Origin: Terriglobia bacterium
Lineage (GTDB): Bacteria; Acidobacteriota; Terriglobia; JAJPHL01; JAPKYU01
Direction: 5' to 3'
NCBI GenBank assembly: GCA_965206645.1
Contig: CBDBKE010000003.1
Span: 320,001-384,000, forward strand
Length of the DNA: 64,000 nucleotides
Positions 28,856 through 42,100 of this stretch are shown here, piece after piece. How positions within the stretch are numbered: position 1 is the stretch's first letter; each line of letters starts with the position of its first letter. Both the position numbers and the translations under genes were made by a program. The notes under the pieces were generated by a model. That model saw only the letters and a program-made list of their open reading frames with translations, was not told where the DNA came from and made no database searches.

Positions 28856-28941
28856 GACAGGTGTCCGTGTTCTGGCGCCAGCACCTTTCGTTCCCGGTCG
28901 ACACCTAGCATCTGAAACCTAAGGCCTGACACCTTTCCATC

Positions 28942-29724
28942 ATGCGAATCCTGTTCATCGGTGACATTTACGGCAGTCCCGGCCGCAAGGCGGTGGCCGA
29001 TTACCTGGCCGACATCGTTTCCAACAAGAAAATTGACCTGGTCGTGGCCAACGGCGAGAATGCCGCCGCCGGCTTTGGCATCACGCCGCGGCTGGCTGAA
29101 GAACTGTTTCAACTAGGCATTGAGGTGATGACCACCGGCAACCATGTCTGGGATAAGAAGGAAATCCTGGACTATTTGGGTCAGCAGCCGCGGCTGCTGC
29201 GGGGTGCCAACTACCCGGCCCAGGCGCCGGGGCGCGGACTCTTTTGTGGCCGGACGCGGGAAGGGGTTCCTTATGCCGTGCTGCACCTGATCGGGCGCGT
29301 TTTCATGGAGCCGCTCGATTCCCCCTTCCGAACCGCCGAAGCGGAGCTGTCCCGGTTGCCGGCCGAGTGCCGCATTCGCATCGTGGACTTCCATGGCGAA
29401 GCCAGTTCCGAGAAGCAGGCGTTTGGCTGGTTCCTCGATGGGCGGGTCACCGCAGTCATCGGCACACACACGCACGTGCCGACCGCCGACGAGCGCGTGC
29501 TGCCCGGCGGCACTGCCTACATCACCGACGTGGGGATGACCGGCCCCTACGAGTCAGTGATCGGCGTAGACCACCAGATCGCTCTGCAAAAATTCCTCAC
29601 CCACATGCCGGTCCGCTTTGAGCCGGCCCGGGGCGATGTGCGCCTTGCTGCAGTGATCCTTGACGCCGATGAAGCCACCGGACGCGCCCGTTCCATTGAA
29701 CGCTACATGCTTTCGGTTTCTTGA
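28942..29724 (+). CDS. ymdB: YmdB-family metallophosphoesterase
   Basis: ILFIGDIYG, NGENAAAG, TGNH, DFHGEASSEK, GTHTHV, DVGMTG. Confidence 0.95.
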   Translation: MRILFIGDIYGSPGRKAVADYLADIVSNKKIDLVVANGENAAAGFGITPRLAEELFQLGIEVMTTGNHVWDKKEILDYLGQQPRLLRGANYPAQAPGRGLFCGRTREGVPYAVLHLIGRVFMEPLDSPFRTAEAELSRLPAECRIRIVDFHGEASSEKQAFGWFLDGRVTAVIGTHTHVPTADERVLPGGTAYITDVGMTGPYESVIGVDHQIALQKFLTHMPVRFEPARGDVRLAAVILDADEATGRARSIERYMLSVS

Positions 29725-29785
29725 ATTCTTCCTTCTGTGCTTGAGCTGGAACTGCTGGACAGGAGGAACGTCGACCGCTGCCCTC

Positions 29786-31000
29786 TCACTCCGGAGCCGG
29801 TTTCTTGCGGCGCAGGAACGCGGGCACATCCAGGTCATCTTCGGCAAACTCTCCACCGAGCTGGTGCACTAATTCCTCCCGGCGCACGTCCTGGCCCTTG
29901 GGCACCGGAGGCGCAGGCATCGGGGGGGCCGTGCGAATCGGAGGCGGCGAAGGAGACGGGGCCTCCTCGGGCGTTTGGGCGGCCTTCGCCGCGGTGGTGG
30001 CAACTGCCGCGGCGCTCCGTCCACCGACGGTTTCCGAGCGAAACCCGGTGGCGATCACGGTAATCTTGACCGAGTCTTTCATCTGATCATTCAGCACCGC
30101 GCCGAAGATGATGTTGGCGTCTTCGTGCGCCGCCTGGTGGATGATGGAGGAGGCTTCATGGACCTCGTGCAGCATCAGGTCGCTGGAGCCGGTGATGTTG
30201 ATCAGGATGCCTTTGGCGCCCTGGATCGAGGCATCTTCCAGCAGCGGGCTGGAAATGGCGCGGTTGGCCGCCTCCACTGCCCGGTTCTCCCCCGAGGCCA
30301 CCGCCGTTCCCATCAACGCATAGCCCATTCCCTGCATCACCGCTTTTACGTCAGCAAAATCGCGGTTGATGATGCCGGGAATGGTGATGATATCGCTGAT
30401 GCCCTGGACCGCCTGGCGCAGGATGTCGTCGGCGATGTGGAAAGCTTCAAAGAAACTGGTTCCGTGGTCCAGCAACAGTAGGCGTTCGTTGGGGATGGTG
30501 ATGACGGTATCCACAGTTTCGGCCAGCGCGTTCAGTCCTTCCTCGGCCTGCTGCATGCGGCGTCTGCCTTCAAAGGGAAAGGGCTTGGTGATGACGGCGA
30601 CCACCAGCGCGCCCAGTTCGCCGGCCAGCGAAGCGACAATGGGCGCCGCGCCGGTACCCGTGCCGCCACCCAAGCCGGTGGTCACGAAGATCATGTCGGC
30701 GCCTTCCAGCGCTTCGATCAGTTTGTCAGTATCCTCCAGCGCGGCCCGGCGGCCAAGGTCCGGGTTGGCGCCGGCTCCCAGTCCTTTGGTGAGCTTGGAG
30801 CCAATCTGCAACTTCACCGGGGCCTGCGACTGGCGGAGAGCCTGGGCATCGGTGTTGGTCACCAAAAATTCCACGCCTTCCATGCCCACCGAGATCATGC
30901 GGTTGACGGCGTTGCCGCCTCCCCCGCCGACCCCGATCACTTTGATTCGTGCGCCACCACGCGGCTCGTCGCCAAAACTGAATTTGATGGTTTCATCCAT
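29786..31000 (-). CDS. ftsZ: Cell division protein FtsZ
   Basis: [22 protein letters not shown]-terminal LDVPAFLR. Confidence 0.98.
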   Translation of the reverse strand: MDETIKFSFGDEPRGGARIKVIGVGGGGGNAVNRMISVGMEGVEFLVTNTDAQALRQSQAPVKLQIGSKLTKGLGAGANPDLGRRAALEDTDKLIEALEGADMIFVTTGLGGGTGTGAAPIVASLAGELGALVVAVITKPFPFEGRRRMQQAEEGLNALAETVDTVITIPNERLLLLDHGTSFFEAFHIADDILRQAVQGISDIITIPGIINRDFADVKAVMQGMGYALMGTAVASGENRAVEAANRAISSPLLEDASIQGAKGILINITGSSDLMLHEVHEASSIIHQAAHEDANIIFGAVLNDQMKDSVKITVIATGFRSETVGGRSAAAVATTAAKAAQTPEEAPSPSPPPIRTAPPMPAPPVPKGQDVRREELVHQLGGEFAEDDLDVPAFLRRKKPAPE

Positions 31001-31022
31001 AAAGCCACTCCAATGCGCTTTT

Positions 31023-32240
31023 CTATCCTTTGCCCGCGAAAAAGGTCCGAATCCGGGGTCCCAGGCCCGTCCGCTGGGATTCTTGGCGCTGGCGCACGCG
31101 TTGGGCGAAGAACAACAAGCCGACCAGTGCAGCGTAGGCTGGGTGCTCCAGTGTTTCTGGTCCGCCATCCAGTTTAGCCGGCAGGCCGATGCGGGCGGGA
31201 ACGTCCAGAACCTCCTCGGCGACGTCGCACATCCCCGCCAGTCGGGCGCCGCCGCCAGTCAAGACTACTCCCGCACCCACCTGGCGCTCCAGGCCCACGC
31301 GGCGCAACTCGTCACGTACCAGGGCGAGCACTTCTTGGGCGCGCGGCTCCAGGATATCGGCCAGAGCGCGCTGGGGCATCAGCCGAGACGGCCGGTCGCC
31401 AACGCTGGGCACCTCAATGGAAGTGTTTTCTCCGGCCAGCAGGTGAGTCGCCACACCAAAGCTGCGTTTGATCTTCTCCGCATCGGGGATGGGGGTACGA
31501 AGGCCGACTGCAATGTCATTGGTGAAATGATCACCTCCGATCGTAATGGTGACGCAGTGCTGCAGTGCCCCCTGGCGGAAGACTACTACATCCGTCGAAC
31601 CGGCACCGATGTCCACGAGCACCACCCCAAGCTCCCGCTCATCACTGTTTAGCACGGCCTCCGAGGCGGCCAGCGGTTCGAGCACGGTCTCCTCCACAAC
31701 TAAGCCGGCCCGGTTCGCGGCAGTGACCAGGTTGGTAACAGCGCCGGAGGCGGCCGTCACGATGTGCACGTTGACCTCCAGCCGACCCCCGATCATCCCC
31801 ACCGGGTCGCGGATGCCATCCTGAGAATCCAGCAGGAATTCCTGGGGCACGACGTGTAGCACGGTGCAATCCGACGGCAGCGGGATCGTCCGGGCTACCT
31901 CCACCGCTTTGCGCACATCCTCGCGCTGTATCTCTCGATGGCGGGAAGAAATGTTGATGCCCCCCCGGCTGTTGACCCCTTTCAGCTGGGAGGCCCCCAA
32001 ACCCATGACCGCACTTTCCACTGGTGCGCCGATGGCGTGCTCGGCTTGTTCAACGGCTCTGCGGATGGAAGAGACAACCGCGTCCAGATTGATGATCAGG
32101 CCCTTGCGCCAGCCCCTGGATTCGACCCGACCCAGGGCCAGGCACCTGAGCTTGCCGGTGGCCGTGACCTCGGCCACCAGCGCGCACGTCTTGACGCTGC
32201 CCGCGTCCAGCGCCACCAAGTGCTTCTGCTTGCTGGCCAA
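31023..32240 (-). CDS. ftsA: Cell division protein FtsA
   Basis: [37 protein letters not shown]. Confidence 0.97.
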   Translation of the reverse strand: MASKQKHLVALDAGSVKTCALVAEVTATGKLRCLALGRVESRGWRKGLIINLDAVVSSIRRAVEQAEHAIGAPVESAVMGLGASQLKGVNSRGGINISSRHREIQREDVRKAVEVARTIPLPSDCTVLHVVPQEFLLDSQDGIRDPVGMIGGRLEVNVHIVTAASGAVTNLVTAANRAGLVVEETVLEPLAASEAVLNSDERELGVVLVDIGAGSTDVVVFRQGALQHCVTITIGGDHFTNDIAVGLRTPIPDAEKIKRSFGVATHLLAGENTSIEVPSVGDRPSRLMPQRALADILEPRAQEVLALVRDELRRVGLERQVGAGVVLTGGGARLAGMCDVAEEVLDVPARIGLPAKLDGGPETLEHPAYAALVGLLFFAQRVRQRQESQRTGLGPRIRTFFAGKG

Positions 32241-32429
32241 TGCGCCCGTTGAGTGCTCCTTCCGACTACTTGTTGCAATTTAGCAGAAGTGGCGACAAGC
32301 GTCCAAGCCTGTGCCAATCTTCAGCTTCGGGGCAGCTTCGGGAAAGCTTTGAGAAAGACGCGCGGCTTGGGGAAAGATGGACAGCTGCGGGAAACGGGAA
32401 CCGGTGCCGGGGACCCTGGGCCTTGGGGG

Positions 32430-35318
<2,889 letters not shown>

Positions 35319-35675
35319 CTCTTCTTTCTATTTTATCACGGCAGGCCGCGCGGCGCTTTTCGCCGCCGGCGTGGATGGAGCAACGGAAGCTGCTTTGCTA
35401 CAGTCAGCTTTCGTAGGTGGTCATGGGCAAAGGGGTGGCGGTTGAACATATGGATTCGGCCGGAGGGGCCAGCGCACGGGTCGGAAACGTATTGCGCTGA
35501 GGCTCGGGGGCGAGGCCGAGCGGCGCGGGCAATCGTGGGCACGGGGCGGGGAGCGCCGCCTGCACTCGACAGCCGACTACCTAGCGAGGTTCCGGCCAAG
35601 AAGGCGGGAAGATCCCTCCCCTCGCGCGGCATCGGGAGATTGATGCCTGCCCTGCGCGGTGGCAGTAACGGGCCG

Positions 35676-35999
35676 TCAGGGATTGCCCGGTCCGGCCTCG
35701 TCGAACACTTGCTTGGCCACCTGAACCGCATTGGCCGCTGTGGGCCACCCTCCGTAGAAAGCCATGTGGGTGATGACCTCGCCGATCTCCTCTTTCGTGA
35801 CCCCGTTTGCCAGGGCCCTCCGGACATGGCTGCGCAGTTGATCGGTGCGGTAAAGGGCTGTCAGCGCCGCCACGGTAATCAGGCTGCGCTCGCGCTTGGA
35901 CAGGCCTGGGCGTTCCCAAATGTCGCCGAACAGTACCTGAGTGCTTAGCTCCGCCAGGCGTGGAGCAATCTCCTGCATCGCGGTTTGTCGTTGACTCAT
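35676..35999 (-). CDS. Carboxymuconolactone decarboxylase family protein
   Basis: LFGDIWERPGLSKRERSLITVAAL, HVRRALANG, YGGWP. Confidence 0.9.
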   Translation of the reverse strand: MSQRQTAMQEIAPRLAELSTQVLFGDIWERPGLSKRERSLITVAALTALYRTDQLRSHVRRALANGVTKEEIGEVITHMAFYGGWPTAANAVQVAKQVFDEAGPGNP

Positions 36000-36234
36000 C
36001 TTTGCCTCCGGCGCCCAAGTGTAGCTCGCATTTCGCCACGGGTGTCGTGGTTGGCCTGCCTTGTTCGCAGAAAGCTTTTCGCGTTGAACGCGGGAGGGAC
36101 CAGCAACGTCCATGTCAGTCCTCGCACACGCCTGCTCGCACGCTCTGCCTGACCTAGCTGAGCGACAGCCCGCAGGCTGCTTTGGATTGACCCACGAGCC
36201 AGGCTCCGGTAGCCTCCTGGTCGGGGGCTTTCAG

Positions 36235-36792
36235 ATGCGCAAGTTCTTTCTTGTCTTCGTGCTGTTCGGGCTCCTTATTGGCTGTCAATCCGACGGCTCG
36301 TCGCAGGGCTCGCAATACGCGAGCCCGTCCGCGAGCGCCAGCTCCCAGCCGCCTGCCCAGCGATCATCCACCTACTTCGAGGTTGCAGGCGGCGTGACTG
36401 TAGCTGTGGATGACGCAACGGCTACTCTCTTCAAGAACCGGCGCAATATTTGGGCGTTGAACATGGTTTCCTCGCCAGCGGCGGTCAAGCGGCTGAAGAG
36501 GACGTACGGCGTCAACCTGTTCTTCTCGCGAAAGTTTGACCCCAAGCCGGGCAAGTATCCCGTGCAATTTAGCTATCTGAACAGGCAGAACACGCTGGGG
36601 GGATCGTTTACCGGACCGAGAATGCTTTTCTCCCATGACACGCAAGGAGAGGCGGAGTTTCTCGAGTTCGGCGACCAGGTCAAGGTGCGGTTCGAGTTCA
36701 CGGCGTACGACAAGAGTGAAGGCAACGAAGATCGAGCCCAGGTGACGGTCAAAGGCGAGGCCGTTTGCGATCGTGGCGACGCCTTCAAATAA
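36235..36792 (+). CDS. Hypothetical lipoprotein
   Basis: MRKFFLVFVLFGLLIGC lipobox followed by an S/Q-rich linker. Confidence 0.7.
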   Translation: MRKFFLVFVLFGLLIGCQSDGSSQGSQYASPSASASSQPPAQRSSTYFEVAGGVTVAVDDATATLFKNRRNIWALNMVSSPAAVKRLKRTYGVNLFFSRKFDPKPGKYPVQFSYLNRQNTLGGSFTGPRMLFSHDTQGEAEFLEFGDQVKVRFEFTAYDKSEGNEDRAQVTVKGEAVCDRGDAFK

Positions 36793-36938
36793 GAATTCCA
36801 GGATCCAGACGCTTATCAGTAATGCCCCGTAACTGGCGGAGAATCTTCCACCAAGGGCACCGCACTTGACGGAAGCGGGGGCGCGAGTGGCTGCCGCAAC
36901 ACCTGATAGTACTCGCGGAGTGACCAAGCGAGCCGGCG

Positions 36939-37814
36939 CTATTTCTTGCTCTGGTGGGTCACAGCGACGGCCGTGCCCTCGTCGGTGACGGCAACCACGA
37001 TGGTGGCGGTTCGCTTGCTGGCGTCATCGGCGCCGTGCAGACTGATGAGTTTGACCCCTCCACCCTGGTTCATGACGTTTTTGGTTGTTTTCATCCCGGC
37101 TTGCTTGAGCTGCTGCTCGTAGAACGCAGCGACCTGCTCGGGGGAGTCGCCGGTCTTGAACCCTGCCGTTCCACCCTCGCCCTCCGGACCTTGCATGGTC
37201 GCACCACCGGTCGCCTCAGCGCCCGGATAGGCGGCCAACCAAGCTGGAAGCTTGCCGGCGCCGGCGCCGAAAACCATGGAGCCCTCAGAGGAGTCTACAC
37301 GAAGCGACCTGGAGGAGCCCTCGCCCTGCCCTTGGATCTCGACTTTCTCGCCGCCTTTTCCTTCGAAGACAATCCTGCCTTTCTCAACGTCCTCGAAGTT
37401 CATCGTCACGGTCTCGCCGCTTTTCTTATCCCGCAAGGTGATGGTGCCGCTGTTCTCGTCGGTGGACACCACGTCCACGTCAGGGTTCATTGCGGCGATC
37501 ATCTTGGCCGCCGCCAGCCCCGGGTTCTTCTCTATCAGCTCCGGATCGATGCCAGCCTGCTTGACCTTATGAGCAACGAACAAGCCGCCGCCAATGACAG
37601 CGATGCTGGTAAGCACGAAAAATGCCGCCACCACCACCAGGATCCAGAACAGCGGTCCCTTTTTCTTTTGCGGCGCCCCCGTGCCGGGCGGTGTAGCGAT
37701 GGGAGTCGCCGCCGGGGGCGGGCTGCCCGCCGTGGCGGTCGACCCCGTACGCGTCCCGCACTTGGCGCAGAAGTTTCCTTCCATCGGCGAACCACAGGAT
37801 GAGCAGAATGGCAT
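36939..37814 (-). CDS. Zinc-ribbon single-pass membrane protein
   Basis: FCSSCG...FCAKCG, Pro-rich linker, one TM helix; AAAGGAG RBS. Confidence 0.8.
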   Translation of the reverse strand: MPFCSSCGSPMEGNFCAKCGTRTGSTATAGSPPPAATPIATPPGTGAPQKKKGPLFWILVVVAAFFVLTSIAVIGGGLFVAHKVKQAGIDPELIEKNPGLAAAKMIAAMNPDVDVVSTDENSGTITLRDKKSGETVTMNFEDVEKGRIVFEGKGGEKVEIQGQGEGSSRSLRVDSSEGSMVFGAGAGKLPAWLAAYPGAEATGGATMQGPEGEGGTAGFKTGDSPEQVAAFYEQQLKQAGMKTTKNVMNQGGGVKLISLHGADDASKRTATIVVAVTDEGTAVAVTHQSKK

Positions 37815-37961
37815 GTCTCGCTCCTTTGAAGGCTTAGGTCAGGATTTCCGATTTCAGCTTCTGGTGGCTGCAAGTATACATCCGACCAGTTATGTTTTGG
37901 ACGAACTCGGCCATAGGGCGAAATGGACATAGGCCAACTCGCCCGGCAGCGGGATGATCTT

Positions 37962-38756
37962 CTAGCGTTCGATTTCTTCCAGGACAGCGGTGATGGTGCC
38001 CACCCATAAGCGGGCCCGTATCTGAACTGGGAGGCGTTGGGGATCGTCGCTGAACCAGATGTGCAAGCGGCCTCTTCCTTGGAACAAGTATCCACCCACA
38101 ATTGTGGGTTCGACCCGGATGGCGGGAAAGTCCCCCGCGCCGGTCCTCACTTCTTCCTCGGCCTGTACTTCCACCTGGATGGGCAGGGTCCTAGACCCAT
38201 CGTTGACGGGTACCTGGAAGGTCCGGCCGACCTCCAGCGGCAGCGAACGTACGTAGAACAGTGCGGAGACTAGGTCGTAAGCGCATTTGGGGATGGAGTT
38301 CTCGGCCTGACGAACCAGGCGGCCATGGTTCGGGTCGGTTTCCTCCAGCACTGCCATCTGGCGCTCCTTTTGGAAGTCAATGCGGATGGAGCGGTGCCGG
38401 CGGCCTTCGTGTAGGGTTTTGAGTACGAATTGCGAACACATCGCCCCGTTATCAAAGCGGGAAATCAGCGTATCGTTGACCGGGAACAACTTGGAGACAA
38501 AGCCATTGGAGGCGGCTTTGACCGTGGCCTCCCAGTAAGGCAGCCCGTCGGCTGGGCTATGGCGCTCAACCTGGACGCGACCTTCCCCAGCGGGGGACAA
38601 CCGCCACGAAATGCGGTATCGCAGAGCCTCGCCCGAAGGGAACGGAGGAACAGCGTCGGAGGTAAGGCCGGAGGCCTGAGGCCAGGCCGCAAGCGCTCCC
38701 AGCAGCGCTCCTGCTAGTGCTATTCCAACGAGTTTTGCCCAGTTGCCGTGTGTCAT
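37962..38756 (-). CDS. DUF3108-family exported protein
   Basis: Signal peptide, GE-L-Y, DLVSALFY-R, IWFSDD...LPV-I. Confidence 0.75.
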   Translation of the reverse strand: MTHGNWAKLVGIALAGALLGALAAWPQASGLTSDAVPPFPSGEALRYRISWRLSPAGEGRVQVERHSPADGLPYWEATVKAASNGFVSKLFPVNDTLISRFDNGAMCSQFVLKTLHEGRRHRSIRIDFQKERQMAVLEETDPNHGRLVRQAENSIPKCAYDLVSALFYVRSLPLEVGRTFQVPVNDGSRTLPIQVEVQAEEEVRTGAGDFPAIRVEPTIVGGYLFQGRGRLHIWFSDDPQRLPVQIRARLWVGTITAVLEEIER

Positions 38757-38825
38757 CGAGTGAGCCTTTGCCACAAGTGCCGCGGCTGCATCCTGGCAGC
38801 ACAGCGGAATGAGCCAGTCAGGCGA

Positions 38826-39371
38826 CTAGAGCAGCTTCCAAAGCAGCAACGCAATGCCAAGCAGATAGCCCAGCAACGCATTGTACTCCTGGTTCTTCGA
38901 ATACAAGGCCCAGCGGAAGCTGCTTGAGGCGGACCCTTCGAGCCGGACAGGCCGCCTGGGCCAGAATCGCGGCACGGCCGCTGCGTACTTACGGAACTCA
39001 GGAAACAGCTTGGCCAAATGCGCTTCTTCTTCGCTCACCACTGGCAGGTACAGCGTCACCAGGAACAACGTCAACAACAGTCCCAACCACCAGACTCCTC
39101 CGGCCAGGGCGAACCCCAGCGCCACGAGAGCGGAGCCCAGATAGAGGGGGTTGCGCGTGTAGGCAAAGGGTCCCGAAGTTGCTAGCCGAAGATTTTTCTC
39201 CAAGTGCCCGGCAGCGTACGCCCGCAGAGCGATCCCCGCCAGCGCCACTGCTGAGCCTAGAGCCAGCAGTCTTGGACTGGGCTGCGCGAAGAACGCATAG
39301 ACGGCCACCAGCAGGAATCCGCAGGGGACACGGATGCGGGCAGCCAATTCGGCGTAACGCTTCCAACTCAT
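38826..39371 (-). CDS. Isoprenylcysteine carboxyl methyltransferase/PEMT-family membrane methyltransferase
   Basis: LATSGPFAYTRNPLYLG, EEAHL, YAAAVPRF. Confidence 0.85.
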   Translation of the reverse strand: MSWKRYAELAARIRVPCGFLLVAVYAFFAQPSPRLLALGSAVALAGIALRAYAAGHLEKNLRLATSGPFAYTRNPLYLGSALVALGFALAGGVWWLGLLLTLFLVTLYLPVVSEEEAHLAKLFPEFRKYAAAVPRFWPRRPVRLEGSASSSFRWALYSKNQEYNALLGYLLGIALLLWKLL

Positions 39372-40420
39372 CGGGCCTGTAGCAGCTCGTGGGCGGCACG
39401 AAACACCTGCTCGACCGTGACACTGCGAATGGCTTGCCGGTCGGCGGCCCGCGAGTAGGTGGTCGACGCGTCCTCGGCCCGGACCACGCGGCTGGCTGTA
39501 GAAAAGGGGCCGTTGCGCGCCGGATCAGTGGGGCCGAAGATCGCCACCACTGGCGTGCCGCAGGCAGCGGCCAGATGCAACGGACCGGTGTCGCCCGCCA
39601 CCAGCAGCGCCGCCTCGCGCACCAAAGCCATCAATTCGCCCAGCGAAGGGCGCAGCAGCAGGGGTCGGGCGTCGGCGGCAAGTTCCGCCACTCGTTCGGC
39701 GATCAGCTCGTCGCCGGGGCCACAATGAATCACTACCCGCAAGCCCAGCTCCCGGCTGAGGCGTAACAGCAGGGCCCCATAAGCTTCTTCTGGCCAGCGC
39801 TTGGCGGCCCAACCGGCCGAGGGGCTCACGATCGCGTAGCGTGCCACGTGGGCTAGGCTGGGCAGGCCGGCGGAGCCGGCCGTCGCCGCCCGCATGCTTG
39901 CCACGGCTTCCGGGGCGGGCGTACAGCAAAACTCCATCACCGGTTCTTTGGCCCCCACCGCGGCAGCCAGCGCCAGGTTCCGCTCCACCACGTGGGCAGC
40001 ACGCCCATCTGCGGGGGAACTCGCCTGCGCTGTGTAGAACAGGGCGGCGGCTCGTTCTCGCAATTCAGCACGGCCGAACCCCACCACCGACACCGCGCCG
40101 CTCAGGCGCCCCACTACGGCCGACTTGACAAGGCCCTGAAAGTCCAGCGCGCAATCGTAGCCCCGGTGCCGGAGCCGGCTGACGCTCCCCAGCAAGGCGC
40201 GCCAAGTGCCGGCTGCGGCCAGCCGCCGCCTCCAGGAGCGCGTTTCCAGCCGGTGCAGTTGGGCCAGATACGGATTGCGCTCCAGTAGCGGCGCCCAGTG
40301 CCCTTCCACTACCCAATCAATCTCCGCCTCGGGGAAGCCGCGCTTCAGCGTGGCCACTGCCGGCAGCGTGTGAATGATGTCGCCCATCGAGCCCAGGCGC
40401 AGAATCAAGATCCTTTGCAT
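39368..40420 (-). CDS. waaC: LPS heptosyltransferase I (GT9)
   Basis: RLGSMGDIIHTLP, DFQGLVKS, DTGPLHLAAA, FGPTDP. Confidence 0.85.
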   Translation of the reverse strand: MQRILILRLGSMGDIIHTLPAVATLKRGFPEAEIDWVVEGHWAPLLERNPYLAQLHRLETRSWRRRLAAAGTWRALLGSVSRLRHRGYDCALDFQGLVKSAVVGRLSGAVSVVGFGRAELRERAAALFYTAQASSPADGRAAHVVERNLALAAAVGAKEPVMEFCCTPAPEAVASMRAATAGSAGLPSLAHVARYAIVSPSAGWAAKRWPEEAYGALLLRLSRELGLRVVIHCGPGDELIAERVAELAADARPLLLRPSLGELMALVREAALLVAGDTGPLHLAAACGTPVVAIFGPTDPARNGPFSTASRVVRAEDASTTYSRAADRQAIRSVTVEQVFRAAHELLQAR

Positions 40421-40485
40421 CGAACCAAGCCAGGTGGCAGGTTTCAGGTGCCAGTTGCGCAGTTAGACTCCCACCTGCCTACCGC

Positions 40486-40980
40486 CTACTGCGTACTGTC
40501 TTGAGCCTTCACGATGCGGCTGATCAGGTCACGGGTCGAGTGGTGCTTGGCGTCGCCGACGATGGCGACCTCGCCGCCCAGAGCGCGCATCGTCTCCCGC
40601 TCGGGCACGGTCTCGGAGGTGTAGTCGGTGCCCTTGGCGTGGACCTGCGGGCGCAGTTCCCTCAGCAGCGCGGTCACGTCTGGCTCGTCGAAGACGATGA
40701 CCCAGTCCACCGCCGACAGAGCGGCCACCATGCGGGCGCGCGCTTGCTGGTCCATCAGCGGGCGCCCGTCGCCCTTCAGAGCGCGCACGCTTCGGTCCGA
40801 GTTAATGCCCACTACCAGCAGGTCGCCGCAGGCTCGCGCGCCCTGCAGGTAGCGCACATGGCCCGCGTGCAGCAGGTCGAAGCAGCCGTTGGCCAGCACC
40901 AAGCGGCGCTCGTCGCACCGTGCCTGGTCCGCAAGCTCGCGCGCTCGCACGCGGTCAACGACTTTGTCAGCTGTGTTCAT
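40486..40980 (-). CDS. hldC: D-glycero-beta-D-manno-heptose 1-phosphate adenylyltransferase (RfaE domain II)
   Basis: NGCFDLLHAGHVRYL, GINSD-SV, KGTDY. Confidence 0.92.
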   Translation of the reverse strand: MNTADKVVDRVRARELADQARCDERRLVLANGCFDLLHAGHVRYLQGARACGDLLVVGINSDRSVRALKGDGRPLMDQQARARMVAALSAVDWVIVFDEPDVTALLRELRPQVHAKGTDYTSETVPERETMRALGGEVAIVGDAKHHSTRDLISRIVKAQDSTQ

Positions 40981-42088
40981 CTTGCCCTGCCCGGCCCTTG
41001 CCCGACCCCTGCCCGGCCCCTGTCCGGTCCCTGTCCGGGATTGCCGGGCCGCGCACGTCGCTGCTCGTGACTGCCTCTCGCAGTTCCTCGAGGGTTACGG
41101 TGGCCGTGCCGCGCTTCATGACCACAATGCCGCCCGCAAAGTTCGCCAGCCGCGCCGCTTGCTCAAAGCTGGCGCCGGCGGCCAGGGCCAGAGTGAAGGT
41201 GGCAATCACCGTGTCGCCGGCCCCGGTCACGTCCGCAATCTCATCGGAGCCCCAGACGGGGATGTACACCGGGCGGCGGCGCGGCTCAAACAGCACCATT
41301 CCGTGCCGCCCGCGAGTAACCAGCAGGGCCTCGAGCCGCATCCGGCGCAGCACGCTTCGCGCCGTCTGCTCCAGCTTGCGCGTGTCGGCGCCGATGCGCG
41401 CGTGAAACGCCTCCTCTAGTTCCGGCTCATTCGGCGTGGCCGCGGTGGCTCCGGCGTACTTCAGGAGGTCGAAGCGCGAATCAATCGTCACCGGACGACC
41501 GTTGAGGACCGCACCCAGCGCACCGGCCAGTTCCGGAGAGGCGGCGCCGTAGCCGTAGTCGGAGACCAGAGCGGCGTCGGCCCGGCGCGCCAGGCGCAGG
41601 GCACGCCGCTGGACCTCCGCCTGCCGGGCCGGGGAGGCCGGCTGCGCTGGCTCGCGGTCAATCCTCACTACCTGTTGGCAACTGCCGTGGACCGTGTCCG
41701 CTAGAATGCGGCTCTTGGTGGTGGTGGTAAATTCGCGCGCCACTACGATGCCGCTTGTTTCCACCCCGCGCCGGCGAAAGCATTCCAGCAGCGCCCCCCC
41801 GGCCGCATCGCCGCCAACCACCCCCACGGGTATGACCTGGGCACCGAGGTCGGCCAGGTTATACGCCGCGTTGGCGCCGCCACCGGGCAGAACCTGGGTC
41901 TGCCGGTGCTTCAGAATGAGCACTGCGGCTTCCCGCGAAACCCGGGAAATCTCGCCCAGCACGAATTCGTCGGCCACCAGATCGCCAACCACCAGCACCG
42001 TCTGTGCGGGGAAGCGCTTGAGAATCTCCAGATACTTGCTTGGCTTTTCCTTGCTCAACGGTTCTTTGCTCCTTTTGAACCCGGACAA
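40967..42088 (-). CDS. hldA: D-glycero-beta-D-manno-heptose 7-phosphate kinase (RfaE domain I)
   Basis: GDLVADE, RVSREA, PGGGANAA, SDYGYG, TPNE-E, DVTGAGDT. Confidence 0.92.
   Translation of the reverse strand: MSGFKRSKEPLSKEKPSKYLEILKRFPAQTVLVVGDLVADEFVLGEISRVSREAAVLILKHRQTQVLPGGGANAAYNLADLGAQVIPVGVVGGDAAGGALLECFRRRGVETSGIVVAREFTTTTKSRILADTVHGSCQQVVRIDREPAQPASPARQAEVQRRALRLARRADAALVSDYGYGAASPELAGALGAVLNGRPVTIDSRFDLLKYAGATAATPNEPELEEAFHARIGADTRKLEQTARSVLRRMRLEALLVTRGRHGMVLFEPRRRPVYIPVWGSDEIADVTGAGDTVIATFTLALAAGASFEQAARLANFAGGIVVMKRGTATVTLEELREAVTSSDVRGPAIPDRDRTGAGQGSGKGRAGQDEHS
40985..41039. repeat. Five tandem 11-bp repeats in the hldA 3' end
   Basis: ccctgcccggc/ccttgcccgac/ccctgcccggc/ccctgtccggt/ccctgtccggg. 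Confidence 0.85.
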
Positions 42089-42100
42089 GGCAAGGGTGCA

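Noticed and set aside
28856-28941. 6S RNA expected after zapA
   Set aside because: Only 86 bp are available, occupied by heptamer-like repeats
32300-32320. Sigma54 promoter upstream of ftsA (TTGGCAC on the minus strand)
   Set aside because: The -12 TGC element is absent at the required spacing
35319-35675. Possible ncRNA or gene upstream of secA
   Set aside because: The ORFs look like random GC-rich translations and no RNA motif was recognised
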